This document shows, one piece after another, positions 51,520 to 64,000 of a stretch of 64,000 nt of DNA (position 1 is the stretch's first letter; the number at the start of each line of letters is the position of its first letter). The notes under the pieces were generated by a model. The model saw only the letters and a list, made by a program, of their open reading frames with translations. It made no database searches and had not been told where the DNA came from. Position numbers and translations under genes: made by a program. Source of the DNA: Octopus sinensis. Lineage: Eukaryota. The stretch lies in assembly GCF_006345805.1 (NCBI RefSeq), contig NC_042998.1:181660001-181724000 (forward strand), given 5' to 3'.

Positions 51520-51937
51520 TCATCATCCTCATCATCATTCCATGCTGGCATGGGTTAGATGGTTTAACTGAAACTGGTAAGCTGGAGGACTGAACTAGAT
51601 TCCAATCTGATTTGGCATGGTTTTGGATGCCCTTCCTAACACCAAACACTCCAAGAGGGTAATGGGTGCTTTTTATGTGACACCAGCTTTGGCCATAACT
51701 ATGACTTCAGTTGGCTTGATGGATCTTCTCAGGCACGGTATATAAGTGACTGAGACTTCACCAGAAGTCTCACTCACTTATCATTGCTTCTGTGAGGCCC
51801 AACGTTCAAAGGGTGCTTCTTATGTGCTACCGGCACGGGTGCCAGTTATGTGACACTGGCATTGGCCATGGTCACAATTTCACTTGGCTTCATGGGTCTT
51901 CTCAAGCACAGCATATTGCCAAAGGTCTCAGTCACTT
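51520..51937 (-). mobile_element. Family A variant whose tandem unit includes the RTE ORF2 end
   Basis: ctgtgaggcccaacgttcaaaggg (51790) matches ctatgaggcccaacattcgatggg at positions 1-24, which belong to the RTE ORF end. Confidence 0.75.
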
Positions 51938-52674
51938 AAAAATAACTATTTTCATAATATGTGTCCCCCAACCATCAATGTTTACTGATTCATTCTTATG
52001 CGAAGCTCTGTGAGGCCTTTGAAATTTTATCAGTTCCAAATTATGCATATATATATATATATATATTTCTCAAATTAAATTCTTAATTCATATTAGTAAA
52101 TTATAGAAGTTGGCAATTATGCAGCATTGGAAAATATCTCAGTGAAAAGCCGTTGGGAATACATCCATTGGTACATCTATTTTTAAACTCAGTTATTCTC
52201 TTAGAGGTAACACAGTATTCTAAAGACAAATATGTTACTGCCATCTTTAAGAAAGGAATAAATGTAATGTTAGAAATAATGATTCTTGTAATATATATTC
52301 TATGCAAGGTTCTGGATTTATTTGTTTTATGCAAGGTAATGAAGTATTTAGTAAACAAAAAGATCTTAACAAACTAACATATATTCATTACTATGAAAAA
52401 ATAAATCAGTTTTGTTTATATTTCATTAATAGTCCAGCTGTGTAAATGAATGTAGTCCACATGTGAAGTATCTGAATTTTTCATAATCTTTTGAATCTGT
52501 TTTGTGTGGAGGGCTATTGTTATATTTAGAGGCATATGACAAAGAAATGTCTTTGATCACATTGCTTTTTGTTGTATATAGACACGCACAGACACACAGC
52601 TACCCACATCCAACTTCTTCCATATACTTCCTTTTAGTTGTGGGAGCTTTCTCCATTTTCTTTTTCTGTTCTTT

Positions 52675-52890
52675 TGTCTTGCAAGTTACATCGCAACCTC
52701 ACTAGCGCCAGTGGGACATAAAAAGCACCCAGTACACTCTGTAAAGTGGGTGACATTAGGAAGGGCATAGAGCCATAGAAACCATGACAAAGATGATATT
52801 GGAGCTGAACACAGCCCTGGAGGTTACCAGTTCCCTATCAAACAGTCCTACTCATGCCAGCATAGAACACAGGTGCTAACCGATGGTGAG
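52675..52890 (+). mobile_element. Family A-like tail, older
   Basis: aaaagcacccagtacactctgtaaagtgg...aggaagggcat. Similar copies lie at 50370-50590 and 58025-58226. Confidence 0.7.
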
Positions 52891-53739
52891 ATACATATAT
52901 GTGAGAGTGGGGTGGGTGAATGGACAAACAGGTGGACATTAGCAATGATAGCAGTTGTGATGGTAAGAGTTTTATTCTCTCTATGCCACTAAAAATGTGA
53001 AGGTTAACAGATTTGAATAATGTTCCACTTCAACCCCAAACTTGATATTTTATAGGCAACTTCTATTCTTGTATTTTATAAACAAAAAAAGAAAGAAAGA
53101 AAGAAAGAAAGAAAATGTATCAGATTTGCTGCAGTAATAAAGAGAAACCATTACTATGTCCAGACAGATAAAATGTCTTTTAGAAAACTGAAACAGAGAG
53201 ATTGTTTCTCTGTTTGTTTAGCATTACTAAAAAATACCACATTATTCATAGCAATTCTAGTTCAATATCTAAAAAGAATACCACCCTAAGATATTTCAAT
53301 TAATTTCTTGTACATTTATTAAATAACATTAGACACTACAATAGCCAAATGTTAAGGTACAGGTTTGTTGATCTGCAAAGATAATTCATAATCCACTCAC
53401 TAGTATTGTATCTTTTACTTAAAAGAAGAATGTTCGAAATGTTGTTCTTGTGTAAAACACTTACTACAGCAATTTATGCAATATCCAAAATTTTAGGACC
53501 ATTTAATATGTATCAAACATTGAAAGTGATTCTTTTAAGATTTTAGAAAATATATTCTAATGTTAATTATTTATATTTTTTAGTTGTATTATTTAGAAAA
53601 CATTTGCAATATGACAAACCAACAAGGAAGCTTCTTTGTAGTTACTCAACCTACTGAAATATGTGATGGGGTGGGGAGAGATATAGGATAGTAAAAGAGG
53701 GTGAGGAATGGGGAGAAAGAGAGAGAGAGTGTGTGTGTA

Positions 53740-54013
53740 TGTGTTTGTGTGTGTGTCTGTGTATCTGTATATCATCATGCATGTGTGTATGTCAGTATGT
53801 GTCTGTGTTTGTCTCCCACCAGTACTTGACAACCAGTGTTGGTGTGTTTACATCCTTATATCTAAGCAGTTCAGTGAAAGAGACCAATAGAATAAATTTT
53901 AGACTTTAAAAAATATAATAAGTCCTGGGGTCAATTTGTTCAACTAAACCCCTTCAAGACAGTGCCCCAGCATGGCTGCAGTCAAATGACTGAAACAAGT
54001 AAAAGATAAAAGA
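53740..54013 (+). mobile_element. SINE family B 3' half
   Basis: cttgacaaccagtgttggtgtgtttac...ccagcatggctgcagtcaaatgactgaaacaagtaaaagat. Confidence 0.8.
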
Positions 54014-55139
54014 CAAAACCATATCTACTAAATGTCTATAAGCTTTTTTTTTTATTTGACATGTAACTTCAACTGTCTTTTTGTTATGTTCAAAGATAAG
54101 ACAAATGATTGCACATAAGTGCATATAAAGTAAAAGTATATTCTTTTACTTTTATTCTTTTAGTATTAGCATGCTTTATAAATAGTTTTCAAATTAGATG
54201 TTGTACGAAAGAAACAAATGAATCGGGCAGATTTGATAACTCTAATCGTTAGCTTTACATATGTCCTCTGGCAGGTTTGAAACTAATAAAGTGATTTTTT
54301 CCCCACTTCTTTTTATCATATGGATTATACTTACTTCCACTGATATTCTGTTTGCGGGAGCCAGTAACAATAGCATTTCTGTGCCTGTTTTCTCATTTTC
54401 ACCGTGTACAAATTTTGAATACATCATTGTGCACGCTTGACATCTCCACAAACTATTTGTTGTGAGCACAATATCTTTCATTTTCTTTTCAGAGCATATG
54501 GAACAACTCACACACACTAAGTAGTCGTCTCTTTCCTCTCTATATTTTCTTCCCACTTCACTATTTCTTAACATTCACTAACAAAACTCCTACCTCAACC
54601 ACAAATTTAAACTGATGTCGGCAGCTGGTTGTCTTTTAAGAATGGCCAGCTTTTGTATGTTCCTATTAATTGTTGCTAGCCCTTTCAGCTACAATATGAA
54701 ACTCATGCAGTTATGCTTTTAATTCAAATTTATGCTTTCCATCAGCAAAAGTCTTTCTTCTGTCGGTCTCCTCTTATTTCAAGATTAATTCAAAAATCAT
54801 TGCTTTATATTATAGATAGGGCACATTTCTTGCTGGATGCTGACATCTTTATCATTTGTATGTCCAGCATATGGGTTACAGCAATATCCAATTTCTGTTT
54901 TGTTTCATGATAATTGACAGTTGTCTCAAAGCTTTTCTAAAATTAGTTTTAATGATAACTAAATCATTCAGACTATTGACTAGTAGATACCCAACAGACT
55001 GCTCATAAGGAGTACCACCACCACCACCACTCACACACTTAATAGATGCCCCTGCAGCAAAAAAAGAATTATTATTATTATTATGTGAAGATACTTGGTC
55101 CAGTGGTTAGGGTGTTGCATTCATGATCACAAGATCATG

Positions 55140-55191
<52 letters not shown>

Positions 55192-55310
55192 TATGTTTGA
55201 CTTTTGCTTTATGTCTGTACAAGTTGGCTCCAAGTCTCACCCAGAGACCTCAAGAGACAACAGGTTAGAAGTTCACTTTGTTGTTATGCCTAGTGTGCCA
55301 TATATTTGGG
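55140..55310 (-). mobile_element. Probable R4/Dong-type 3' tail ending in (TAA)n
   Basis: Minus strand tcttgaggtctctgggtgagacttgg, then a long perfect (TAA)n at 55140-55190. Confidence 0.45.
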
Positions 55311-56090
55311 GGGTTTTTTTGGTTATTATTATTATTATTATTATTTAATGATAGTAATAATTACATTAGAATTAGGTCAGTTTTCATCACCCTTGCAGGC
55401 CTCAGAGACTGAATTCAGAAAGATGGACTGAGTTAAATTTAGTTAAATAAGTAACTGGGATTCAGACTTAAACTACTCTTTGTAAATGAGAATATTCTGA
55501 TTATATAGACATGATACAAGTAGGAGAAACGAGAACTAGATTAAACAGAAAAATGTGCTTATGAGTTGGTAAGAGTGATAATTACTGGTAAGAAGTCTAG
55601 ACTCAGCAGTTCTGTCGTTAAAACCCCATCTGGCGCAACCTTCACTTTCATCATACTATGATCAATAAAAGTAATTTTTTACCAGACTGAATATCTCAGA
55701 ATGCAAGCACAGTTGGTTAAATCAATATGGTGCTAAACAAGCAGTAAAGATGTCAGCAGTTTGTATAATGTCACATGTGCATTATTGTATATGTGGCCAA
55801 TATACATAACTATCAAATGCCTCAGTACTCTTTTTCTAAATATGTACCACAAATGCTGGACAACCCGTCAGCAGTGTCAAACTGAATACACTGCTACAAG
55901 CTTTTTAAGCTTGCAGCAGTGTATTCAATTCTTCCTGTAGGCTTAGCTTATAGAGGGTTGGGCTCAGATTAATTTATACTTGATATATTATCTGGAGATA
56001 AACAGGAGTGACCGTATGCAGTTTGCCAAAAATAGTTATTGAAAGAAGTGGCAAGATGCCAACATGATAAAAGAAAAAGATGATGATTGT

Positions 56091-56130
<40 letters not shown>

Positions 56131-58343
56131 AAACATGTGGGAAGAGTATTCACTACATAGCATAGAGTTAATAGCAACAATTAAGCCTGAGATTTTACAC
56201 TATCTTTACTGTGAGTTTTGCATTACAACTTTCATAGCATGCAAACATATAATATAATTCTGATCAAAATGAAACTCGTAAATTTTAAAATTCTAAAAAT
56301 TAAAATTTAAAAATTCCATTCATTGATAACGAATTTTAAAACACACATAATTCTAAGAGGAAGTGGTTGGCTGAAAAGAAGTAAAAAATGAAAGACTTGC
56401 TTAAAAGAGAAAAAGAAAAAGTTATAGAAAATTCGTAGAAAAGAAAATTGACATATGTCTGCAAATATTACATTAGAATATATATTTGTCTGTGAGAATC
56501 AAATATTGAAAGGTGCACATATATCTCTGGAGAAAAGAAAAAATAAGAGTATATAGAGGGCAAGAGAAGAAAAGTAAATGTTAAAGGAAAAATAAACTCA
56601 CGCATTGATACATGAAAGCTGAAGAAGGAAAAAAGAGAGGTACAAAAAGGTAAAGAAAATGTAAAAGAGAATAAAGAAAAAATATACATGTTAACAGTAC
56701 AAATGAAATAGTGGGTCTGAACTAGTACAATAAAATAATATGCTAAACAATTTTTTTTTTTTTTCAAATGTTTAGAAAAGAATATTCCTCTTTGCCAAAA
56801 AGTATACAATTTCCTGGCACTGTACTTTTGATATAATGTCTGAAAATTAGCTTACAGAGAACTTTAAATATTCAAAGTACTTAAAAAAGGTGGGGGAAAA
56901 CCCAAAATCTTCAAAGAATTTCCAGGAAATTCTACACATAAAAAGATACTATATTAAGTACCTAGGTAGAATAAAATTCTGTAGTACATACTTATTTTGA
57001 TAACATTTTATAATTAGCTCATTCTTACAATTTGATAAATTGGATGGGGATGAACAATTACAAATTGCTAAAGTTGCATCATCTAGAACTGCTAACTCAA
57101 CCACTGGCTACAGTATCAGAAAATTCATAATGAGTTCATCTTTTGGTCTCCAGACATGATGTGATAAAATGATTGTATTGCTTTTCTTCAAGTGTCTAAA
57201 GGAATACATGTGTTGTGTATAACTATTCTTAAAATTATGTTCTGTTAAATCTATATAAATACATTCACTGTGGTCTACCAAATGCAGTGCATCAACTCTT
57301 TGCTGAAACATTTGCTACTGAGTGGACATGAATTAAGTTTGGTACAATTGCATATTTAATAGAAGAGTGTAATGATTTCTTCAATCAATACTTGAGATTA
57401 AATTGTTGAAACTGAGCAGCTGTTACTAAATTTCAAAGAAACCTTGTTTAAAATATTATGGTACATGTGACTAATTGAAAATTACTCTAGCCCAAGGCTT
57501 AGAAAGATTTTTGCTATATTAAATACCACACCCAAACTGAATCTCATGTTATACCAAATTATATTAAACATATATGGCTTTTATTTTGGTTATGTGAACA
57601 AGGATGGATACTTCTTTTATTAGATCAAATGTTGGATATGAAACATCTAATATTATTAACTAGATTCTTTAAGACTATGAAAGGGCAATTGGAAAACTTT
57701 ATATGTATATAGCAGTTTTTCATCTAGTTTTCCTAAGTCTGAGGCTGGTTGTGGGATATTAACAAACTGTTCTTATCAAGGCCAAGATCTATAAAATGGA
57801 GCTTCTTCTGGAGTGAGTCTAAGCTATATAACATAAGTCTCAACTCTATCATACAATCCAAAACCATATCAAGTAGCTTATCACCATTACGTTTGATCCA
57901 GAAATTTTGTTAAAAAAATAATATCTTACCATGCACTAATACAAATTTCAAAGCTTTTTATGAAGGTGAAATTCTTGTCAATCTTTAAAGCATAAAGAAG
58001 CAGTTCAGGAATTGATAGGTAAATTTACTTGGTAACCTTGCTGATGCTGGGACCACTTAAAGAGCACACAGTACACTCTGCAAATTGGTTCATTTTAGGA
58101 AGTGCATCCAGCTATAAAAACCATACCAAACCAGACATTGGAGTACAATGCTGTCCTTGGACACATCAGATTATATCACCCCCTCCAACACATGCCAGCA
58201 TAGAACAGACATTAAATGATGATGATATTTATTGTCTACATTGTTAAATCAGTGTTGCTGGTGGGTCTAGATCATGCAACATGTGGATTTCTAAGATGTT
58301 ATTCATATTGATGTCTCTTTCTTTTTAGGAATGAGCTACTGTT

Positions 58344-59632
58344 GAAACGTCATCCCATAAGTTCTCTCAGATTTTACATTTTTTAAAAATTGAATGAAAT
58401 TTAATAGTATTTTAGAATGTCTAATGGAATTTTAAATTATTTTTATGCTTTTGTGTACATTTAAACTAATTAAATATTATCTTACAGAATAATAGAATTA
58501 AAATTTCTTTGATTAAAACCCTTTCTAACATGGAAGTATCCAAAGAAGCACATAATGCTTTATGAGTACAAAAAAGGAAACTCTGCAGCTGAAGCAACTC
58601 AAAACATACACTCAGTTTATGAATGAAAGAACTTGCAGAAGATGGTTCGCAAAATTCAGAAGTGAAGATTTCAGCCTTGAAAATGAAGATTGAACAGGAC
58701 GTCCAGTTGAGTTTGATGATAAGCCCCTTGAGGCATTACTTGAAGAAAATCCTGCATTATCAGTTGAAGAAAATCCTGCATTATCAGTTGAAGAATTAGC
58801 AATAAAGCTTAGTTCAAACCATACAACTGTTCATCATCATCTTCAACAACTTGGAAAGGTTCCTAAACTTGGAAAATGGATGCCTCATGAATTGTCCAAA
58901 AGCTACCACAAATCCTGAGTTTACTCTTCTCTCCATTCTCACGAACTGATTTCACTCTTTTTGGATAGATTTGTGACTGGTGACGAAAAATGGATCTTCT
59001 ATCGAAGTGTTAAACATCGTAAACAATGGCTTGGTAAAAGGAAAAAAGCTCAACCACAACCAAGAAGAGAACTTCATGGGAAAAAGGTTCTTCTCTCTAT
59101 CTGGTGGGATTACAAAGGAGTAATTCACTTTGAATTGTTACCACCTAATGTAACAATCAATGCTCAAGTCTGATGTCAGCAATTAGAGTGTTTGAACCAA
59201 GCTTTGAAGAAAAAAAGACCCGCTTCAGTAAATCAAAAAGGAGTGATGTTTCATCAAGACAATGTGCGACCCCACACTGCAAAGATCACATCACAGAAGA
59301 TCGAAAAGCTTGGTTGGGAAAAAATTCCTCATCCACCTTATTCTCCCGATCTTGCTCCTACAGACTACCATTTGTTTCATAGTTTACAGAATCATTTGGG
59401 GGACATAACGTTTGCAAGCTAGGAGGAGGTCGAAACTGACATTTCAGAGTTCTTCGCTTTGAAACCAATAGAGTTTTACATTGATGGGATTAAAAAGCTT
59501 GCAAATAGATGGAAGGAAGTCATAGATAATCAGGGAAAATACAATGATGATTAAATTTCAATTAAATATAACATTTGATTACTTGTTTTCTTTATTCAAA
59601 ATTTGGACAGAACTTAAGAATTGACCTGATAT
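58344..59632 (+). mobile_element. Mariner DNA transposon, near full length, with decayed TIRs
   Basis: Left end cgtcatcccataagttct and right end agaacttaagaattgacctgata. About 1.3 kb, containing a transposase relic. Confidence 0.9.
58530..59554 (+). pseudogene. Mariner DD34D transposase pseudogene
   Basis: WMPHEL, VTGDEKW, HQDNVRPH and YSPDLAPTDY, with 34 residues between the second and third D. It has stops, frameshifts and a 24-bp internal duplication at 58741-58795. Confidence 0.92.
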
Positions 59633-60244
59633 ATATTACTTATTACTATGTATGCCTGTACACGCATGTCTATTTCATATTTTTTCACCCATTTTTCGAT
59701 ACTTGCATAGGACTGAGGAAATTTATTGAGGTAGATTTCCTACTGCCACATATACTTCCTGTCACCAATCCTCTCTTGTTTCCAAACAAGATAATATTTC
59801 TCCTAGTCCTTCCAGTGTGAACAGCATAATGGCCAGATATATTTTCATGGAAGATTAAAAGCACCAATACTGCTGTGATTGATGTATGTTTATGTCAATA
59901 CAAGGAGACAAACACAGACATACATACATATGACAAGCTTCTTTCAGTTTCCATTTACCAGACCCACTCACAAGACTGGCTTTGGCTGGCCTAGCGCTGT
60001 AGTAGCTGAGGCTTGCCCCAAAAGCACATGGTTTCAAGGCACACTTCTCATCCATACAATCATGTTAGTGCCTATTCATGCACATGTTTATATATGCATA
60101 AATATATATGTGTGGGTGTGTATATGTGTGTGTATATATATATATATATACCAATTAATATAAATATTTTAATCTTCGGATTCTTTTTAATGTGCTAGAC
60201 CACTGGTTTTTATTGACTAATATCAATTTCTACCCTTAATTTTT

Positions 60245-60456
<212 letters not shown>

Positions 60457-61210
60457 TCATTTAACATATTCTCTTTGGTTCCTTATTTATATATATTTTT
60501 AATAGCTGTAAAACACCTCCCACTTGACCCTCATTACCTCTTTGATCTCTTTTTTCATCTTATCTTCGCTTCCATCCCCCTCTTCAATGATACAGAGAAA
60601 TTTTTAGTGAAGTGTATTAAGAAATACTGACAGAAAACCATTTCTCCTCTCTCTTCACCATCACCACCATCTGTCATCACCAACAGCAACAATAACAATA
60701 CTATAGTATATATATATATATATAAAAAAAATTGGACACTTCATAAGATGATTGCTATGTACTGCCTGATTTATTTTATTCCACACCTCTTCTATATATC
60801 TATTGTTGTATCTTACCTCCCTCTACCCACTTCATTGTCTGCTCCCACCTTTTTTTTTTCTTTGCTTCTTTTGTAAATACTTAAGTACTGTTCTGATTTT
60901 TCATGTCAGTGTAAATTTAAACTGTTATTACTTAATCTCAGTTATCTATAAAAGAGTCTGTAGAGATTTCTCTTCTTGGCCTGTTTGTTGTCTTTATTTG
61001 TATCTTTATTCATGTATTTGAAGCTGTATCTTACCTCTGTTGCTACCTTCAGTTTTATTTCTCTGCTTTTCATAACTGCAAACTAAACTATGTATGTGCT
61101 GACATGGCTATATAGTCAAGAAGATCACTTTACAACTATATGGTTTGGGGTTTGATCTCAGTCCAGTCCATAGCATCTTGAATTGTCTTCTTCTGTAGAC
61201 TCAGGTTAAC

Positions 61211-61444
61211 CTATTTCTTTACTGCCCACAAGGGGCTAAACACAGAGGGAACAAACAAGGACAGACAAACGGATTAAGTCGATTATATCGACCCCAGTGC
61301 ATAACTGGTACTTATTTAATCGACACCGAAAGGATGAAAGGCAAAGTTGACCTCGGCAGAATTTGAACTCAGAACATAATGGCAGACGAAATACCGCTGA
61401 GCATTTCGCCCGGCATGCTAACGTTTCTGCCAGCTCGCTGCCTT
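61211..61444 (-). mobile_element. SINE family D, full length, nested in a decayed family B SINE
   Basis: A 7-bp TSD ggttaac lies at 61204-61210 and 61445-61451. Homologous to the units at 16161-16626. Confidence 0.9.
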
Positions 61445-61574
61445 GGTTAACTAATGAGGAATTTGGGTGACCAAAATAGTGTAGAAGCTTGCAATATATG
61501 TGTGAAGGGGCATGTGTGTATATGCATGCACATTGTGTGTGTGTGTGTGTGTGTGTACACACATATATAGCAGT

Positions 61575-61975
61575 AAGCATGGCTGTGTGGTAAGAAGCTT
61601 GCTTCTCAACCACATGGTTTTGGGTTCAGTCCCACTGCATGACATCTTGGGTAAGTGTCTTCTACTGTAGCCTCAGACCAACCAAATCCTTGAAAGTGGA
61701 TTTGGTAGACAGAAACTGAAAGAAGCCTGTTGTATATATATATATATGAATATATATGTGTGTGTCTGTGTTTGTCCCACCACCACCACTTGACAACTAA
61801 TGTTGATGTGTTTACCTCCCCCATAACTTAGCGATTTGGCAAAAAGTGACCGATAGAATTAGTACTAGACTTCAAAAAATAAGTCCTTGGGTCAATTTGT
61901 TTAACTAAAACCCTTCAAGGCATTGCACCAGCATGGCCACAGTTAAACGACTGAAACAAATAAAAAAAATAAAAG
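61575..61975 (+). mobile_element. SINE family B
   Basis: Collinear with 35125-35540. Confidence 0.87.
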
Positions 61976-62000
61976 CTATATATAGATATATAGATAGATA

Positions 62001-63117
62001 TGTTTCTTTATTAGCCGCACAGACGGGACAGATTACAAAGTAGAGCTTTTCTTTTTTTTGGAGAAAAAAAATGTGTGGTAGGTTTTCGATCAAAAGGGAT
62101 CGTAAAAGGGAAAGAAGAAAAAAGAAAAAAAAGGAAAAGAAACAAAAGAAAAGGAAGAAAAAGAAGAAAAAAGAAAGGAAAAAAGGGGAAAAGAAAAAAA
62201 ACGATCAATAGGGGTCGTGTATCACAGTATCATGATGTACGGTATAAAGGGGAAAGCAGATAAGGTTTATCCGTGGGAAGAAAAGCCTACGGAAAAGACT
62301 ACGGTAACCTCAGTCAATATTGTTACATGTTACCACATTTGTTTGCAAGTGGGTAACCCTCTGTTTTCAATTTCTGAGTTCATAGGATTATGCTCAAGGT
62401 GGCTTCGTCATTCATACATACCATCCTTGCTACATTCACCCATCTTTTTTTAAAACATTCGCTAGACAAAACTTGCCTCTCTACTCTCACTTTCCTTTTC
62501 AAGTGATACTTGAAGAAGTTGATGAGAGATTGACCAGAGAGGAAAGTGTTTGTCTCCAATCCTTTCAGACGCGTCCACCAGATACATTCTTTTGCTATAG
62601 CCACAAGGATGATGAAAATAGCTCTTCCTTCCTGTTTGAAGGAAGGAGACGTGACAATATTGATGATAGACTCGGCTGATAAACCGACTCGTCCCACACA
62701 TGACAGTAGTTGTTTGACATAAGCCCACAGGTCGGAAATTGTTGGACACTGCACGAGTGCATGCAGAATGGTTTCGTCGCTCTGACCGCATCTCGGGCAG
62801 GTCGGCCCCGTGTTTCTCGAGCCATGTCTGTAGAGCTTATCTCGAATGGGTAGCGCTTCTCGGTAGCACTGCCAGGCCAAGGATCTCTGGAAGTTGTCCA
62901 TGGGCCCTGGCCCGAAAGTCATCCTGAACAGGCGGGTCAGGTATTCCTCGTCGACGTCCAGGTTCGCCCCGAGCTCGTCGTCGTACCTCCCCTCCACTAA
63001 TCCCCTATAGAATGCTTGGGTTGTGTTGGAGTCACTCAAAGTCGACCCGGGACAGCAGAGTTGCTTGAGAGCAACGCAACACTCGTGGTGCCATTCGCAC
63101 TTCCTCGGCCTCTTTTT
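62001..63117 (-). mobile_element. L1/Tx1-type LINE, 5'-truncated, with intact ORF2 C-terminus and CCHC (zf-RVT) motif
   Basis: Open frame 63117-62380 containing CPRCGQSDETILHALVQC. The 3' UTR has a polypyrimidine tract and an aataaagaaa end. A 16-bp TSD gatatatagatagata lies at 61985-62000 and 63118-63133. Confidence 0.88.
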
Positions 63118-64000
63118 GATATATAGATAGATAGACAGACAGTCAGACAGATGTCTATATATCTGTTTGTGTATACTTGTGTGAGTGGCCTGAAGGCTCC
63201 AGGTTCAGTCCCACTGTATGGCATTTGGAGCAGATATTTTTTATCACAGCTTCAGTTTCATCCAAGTGAAACTGGGTAGAGAGATGCTATCTGGAAGCCT
63301 AACTATAATTCAAAAATACTTCTTTGTCACATTCTATCATGCTAATTTTGCTTCTAAATCACTCTAACGGTATTTGTGTCTGAAGAATACTCAGCCACTT
63401 ATATGCTAATTCAGTGAGAAAGTAGTTCAGTTGACCAAATAATTGAATTCTTATTGTCAAAACGGATAGTTCTCCATTTACTTTTACTTGATGGTATAAA
63501 ACGGTCTGTTGAGTTACCTTCCTTTAATTCAGACAGTAACTTAACTGTTTGATAAAAAGACAACTGTAAAGGATGTACCATATGGAAATAAGTACCAGTA
63601 ATATGATTGATTAAAATTTTCTAAAGACAGTACCCTACCATAACCACAGTCCAATGACAAACCAGTAAAAGAGAAAAATGAATGTGTGCATGAGTGTATC
63701 CATCCATCACTAAATGTCTGTATTTGTTTGTGTGTGTTCATGATGCTGTGTGAGGTATTTACAAAATTTCATTCATGTTCACATACATAAAAACAGCTGA
63801 TTATTTTTACTGTTTAGCTTCAAGCAAAACTACATACTATTTTTATCCAAACTATCTATAGCACAACGAAATAGGTCTGGTGCTGTAGATTCTGATGACA
63901 ATGATCTTGTAAAAAATTTAGTATTGCATTTGTTTTTTTTTCTTTATGTTACGAAAGACAAGTCTAATCTCATAATTTTTCATTAAAGTGTTGTTTGATC

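Noticed and set aside
58530-59554. Active or domesticated transposase
   Set aside because: It has multiple stops, frameshifts and decayed TIRs.
62075-62263. Lys/Arg-rich protamine-like ORF
   Set aside because: It is the antisense reading of the LINE 3' UTR polypyrimidine tract.

Overview
This is AT-rich, repeat-dominated eukaryotic DNA. The SINE and microsatellite landscape suggests an octopus (cephalopod) genome; that is an inference from repeat families, not a database result. I found no confidently identifiable host protein-coding, tRNA, rRNA or CRISPR locus, so the window is probably intronic or intergenic. It contains decayed RTE-clade LINEs (1-1.8 kb, 41-42.9 kb and smaller pieces) and a young 5'-truncated L1/Tx1-type LINE with a 16-bp TSD (62.0-63.1 kb). 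It also contains a DD34D mariner relic, two mariner MITEs, two Helitrons, TTAA MITEs, Penelope-like and R4/Dong-like fragments, many copies of at least five short interspersed families, and long microsatellites. The most notable observations are: (1) type I hammerhead ribozyme motifs of two families (7.7 and 43.0 kb on +, 40.2 kb on -), two with a CCGACGA variant core; (2) a 270-bp, about 95% identical inverted duplication whose left arm sits inside a TTAA MITE; (3) serial re-insertion of one SINE family at the same site inside another SINE, with a 3' end resembling the L1/Tx1 LINE; (4) RTE 3'-end elements with tandem hairpin/pseudoknot units; (5) a PHD-type finger inside an RTE reverse transcriptase; (6) weak evidence for a spliced minus-strand transcript. 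All calls were made by eye and none was tested computationally.
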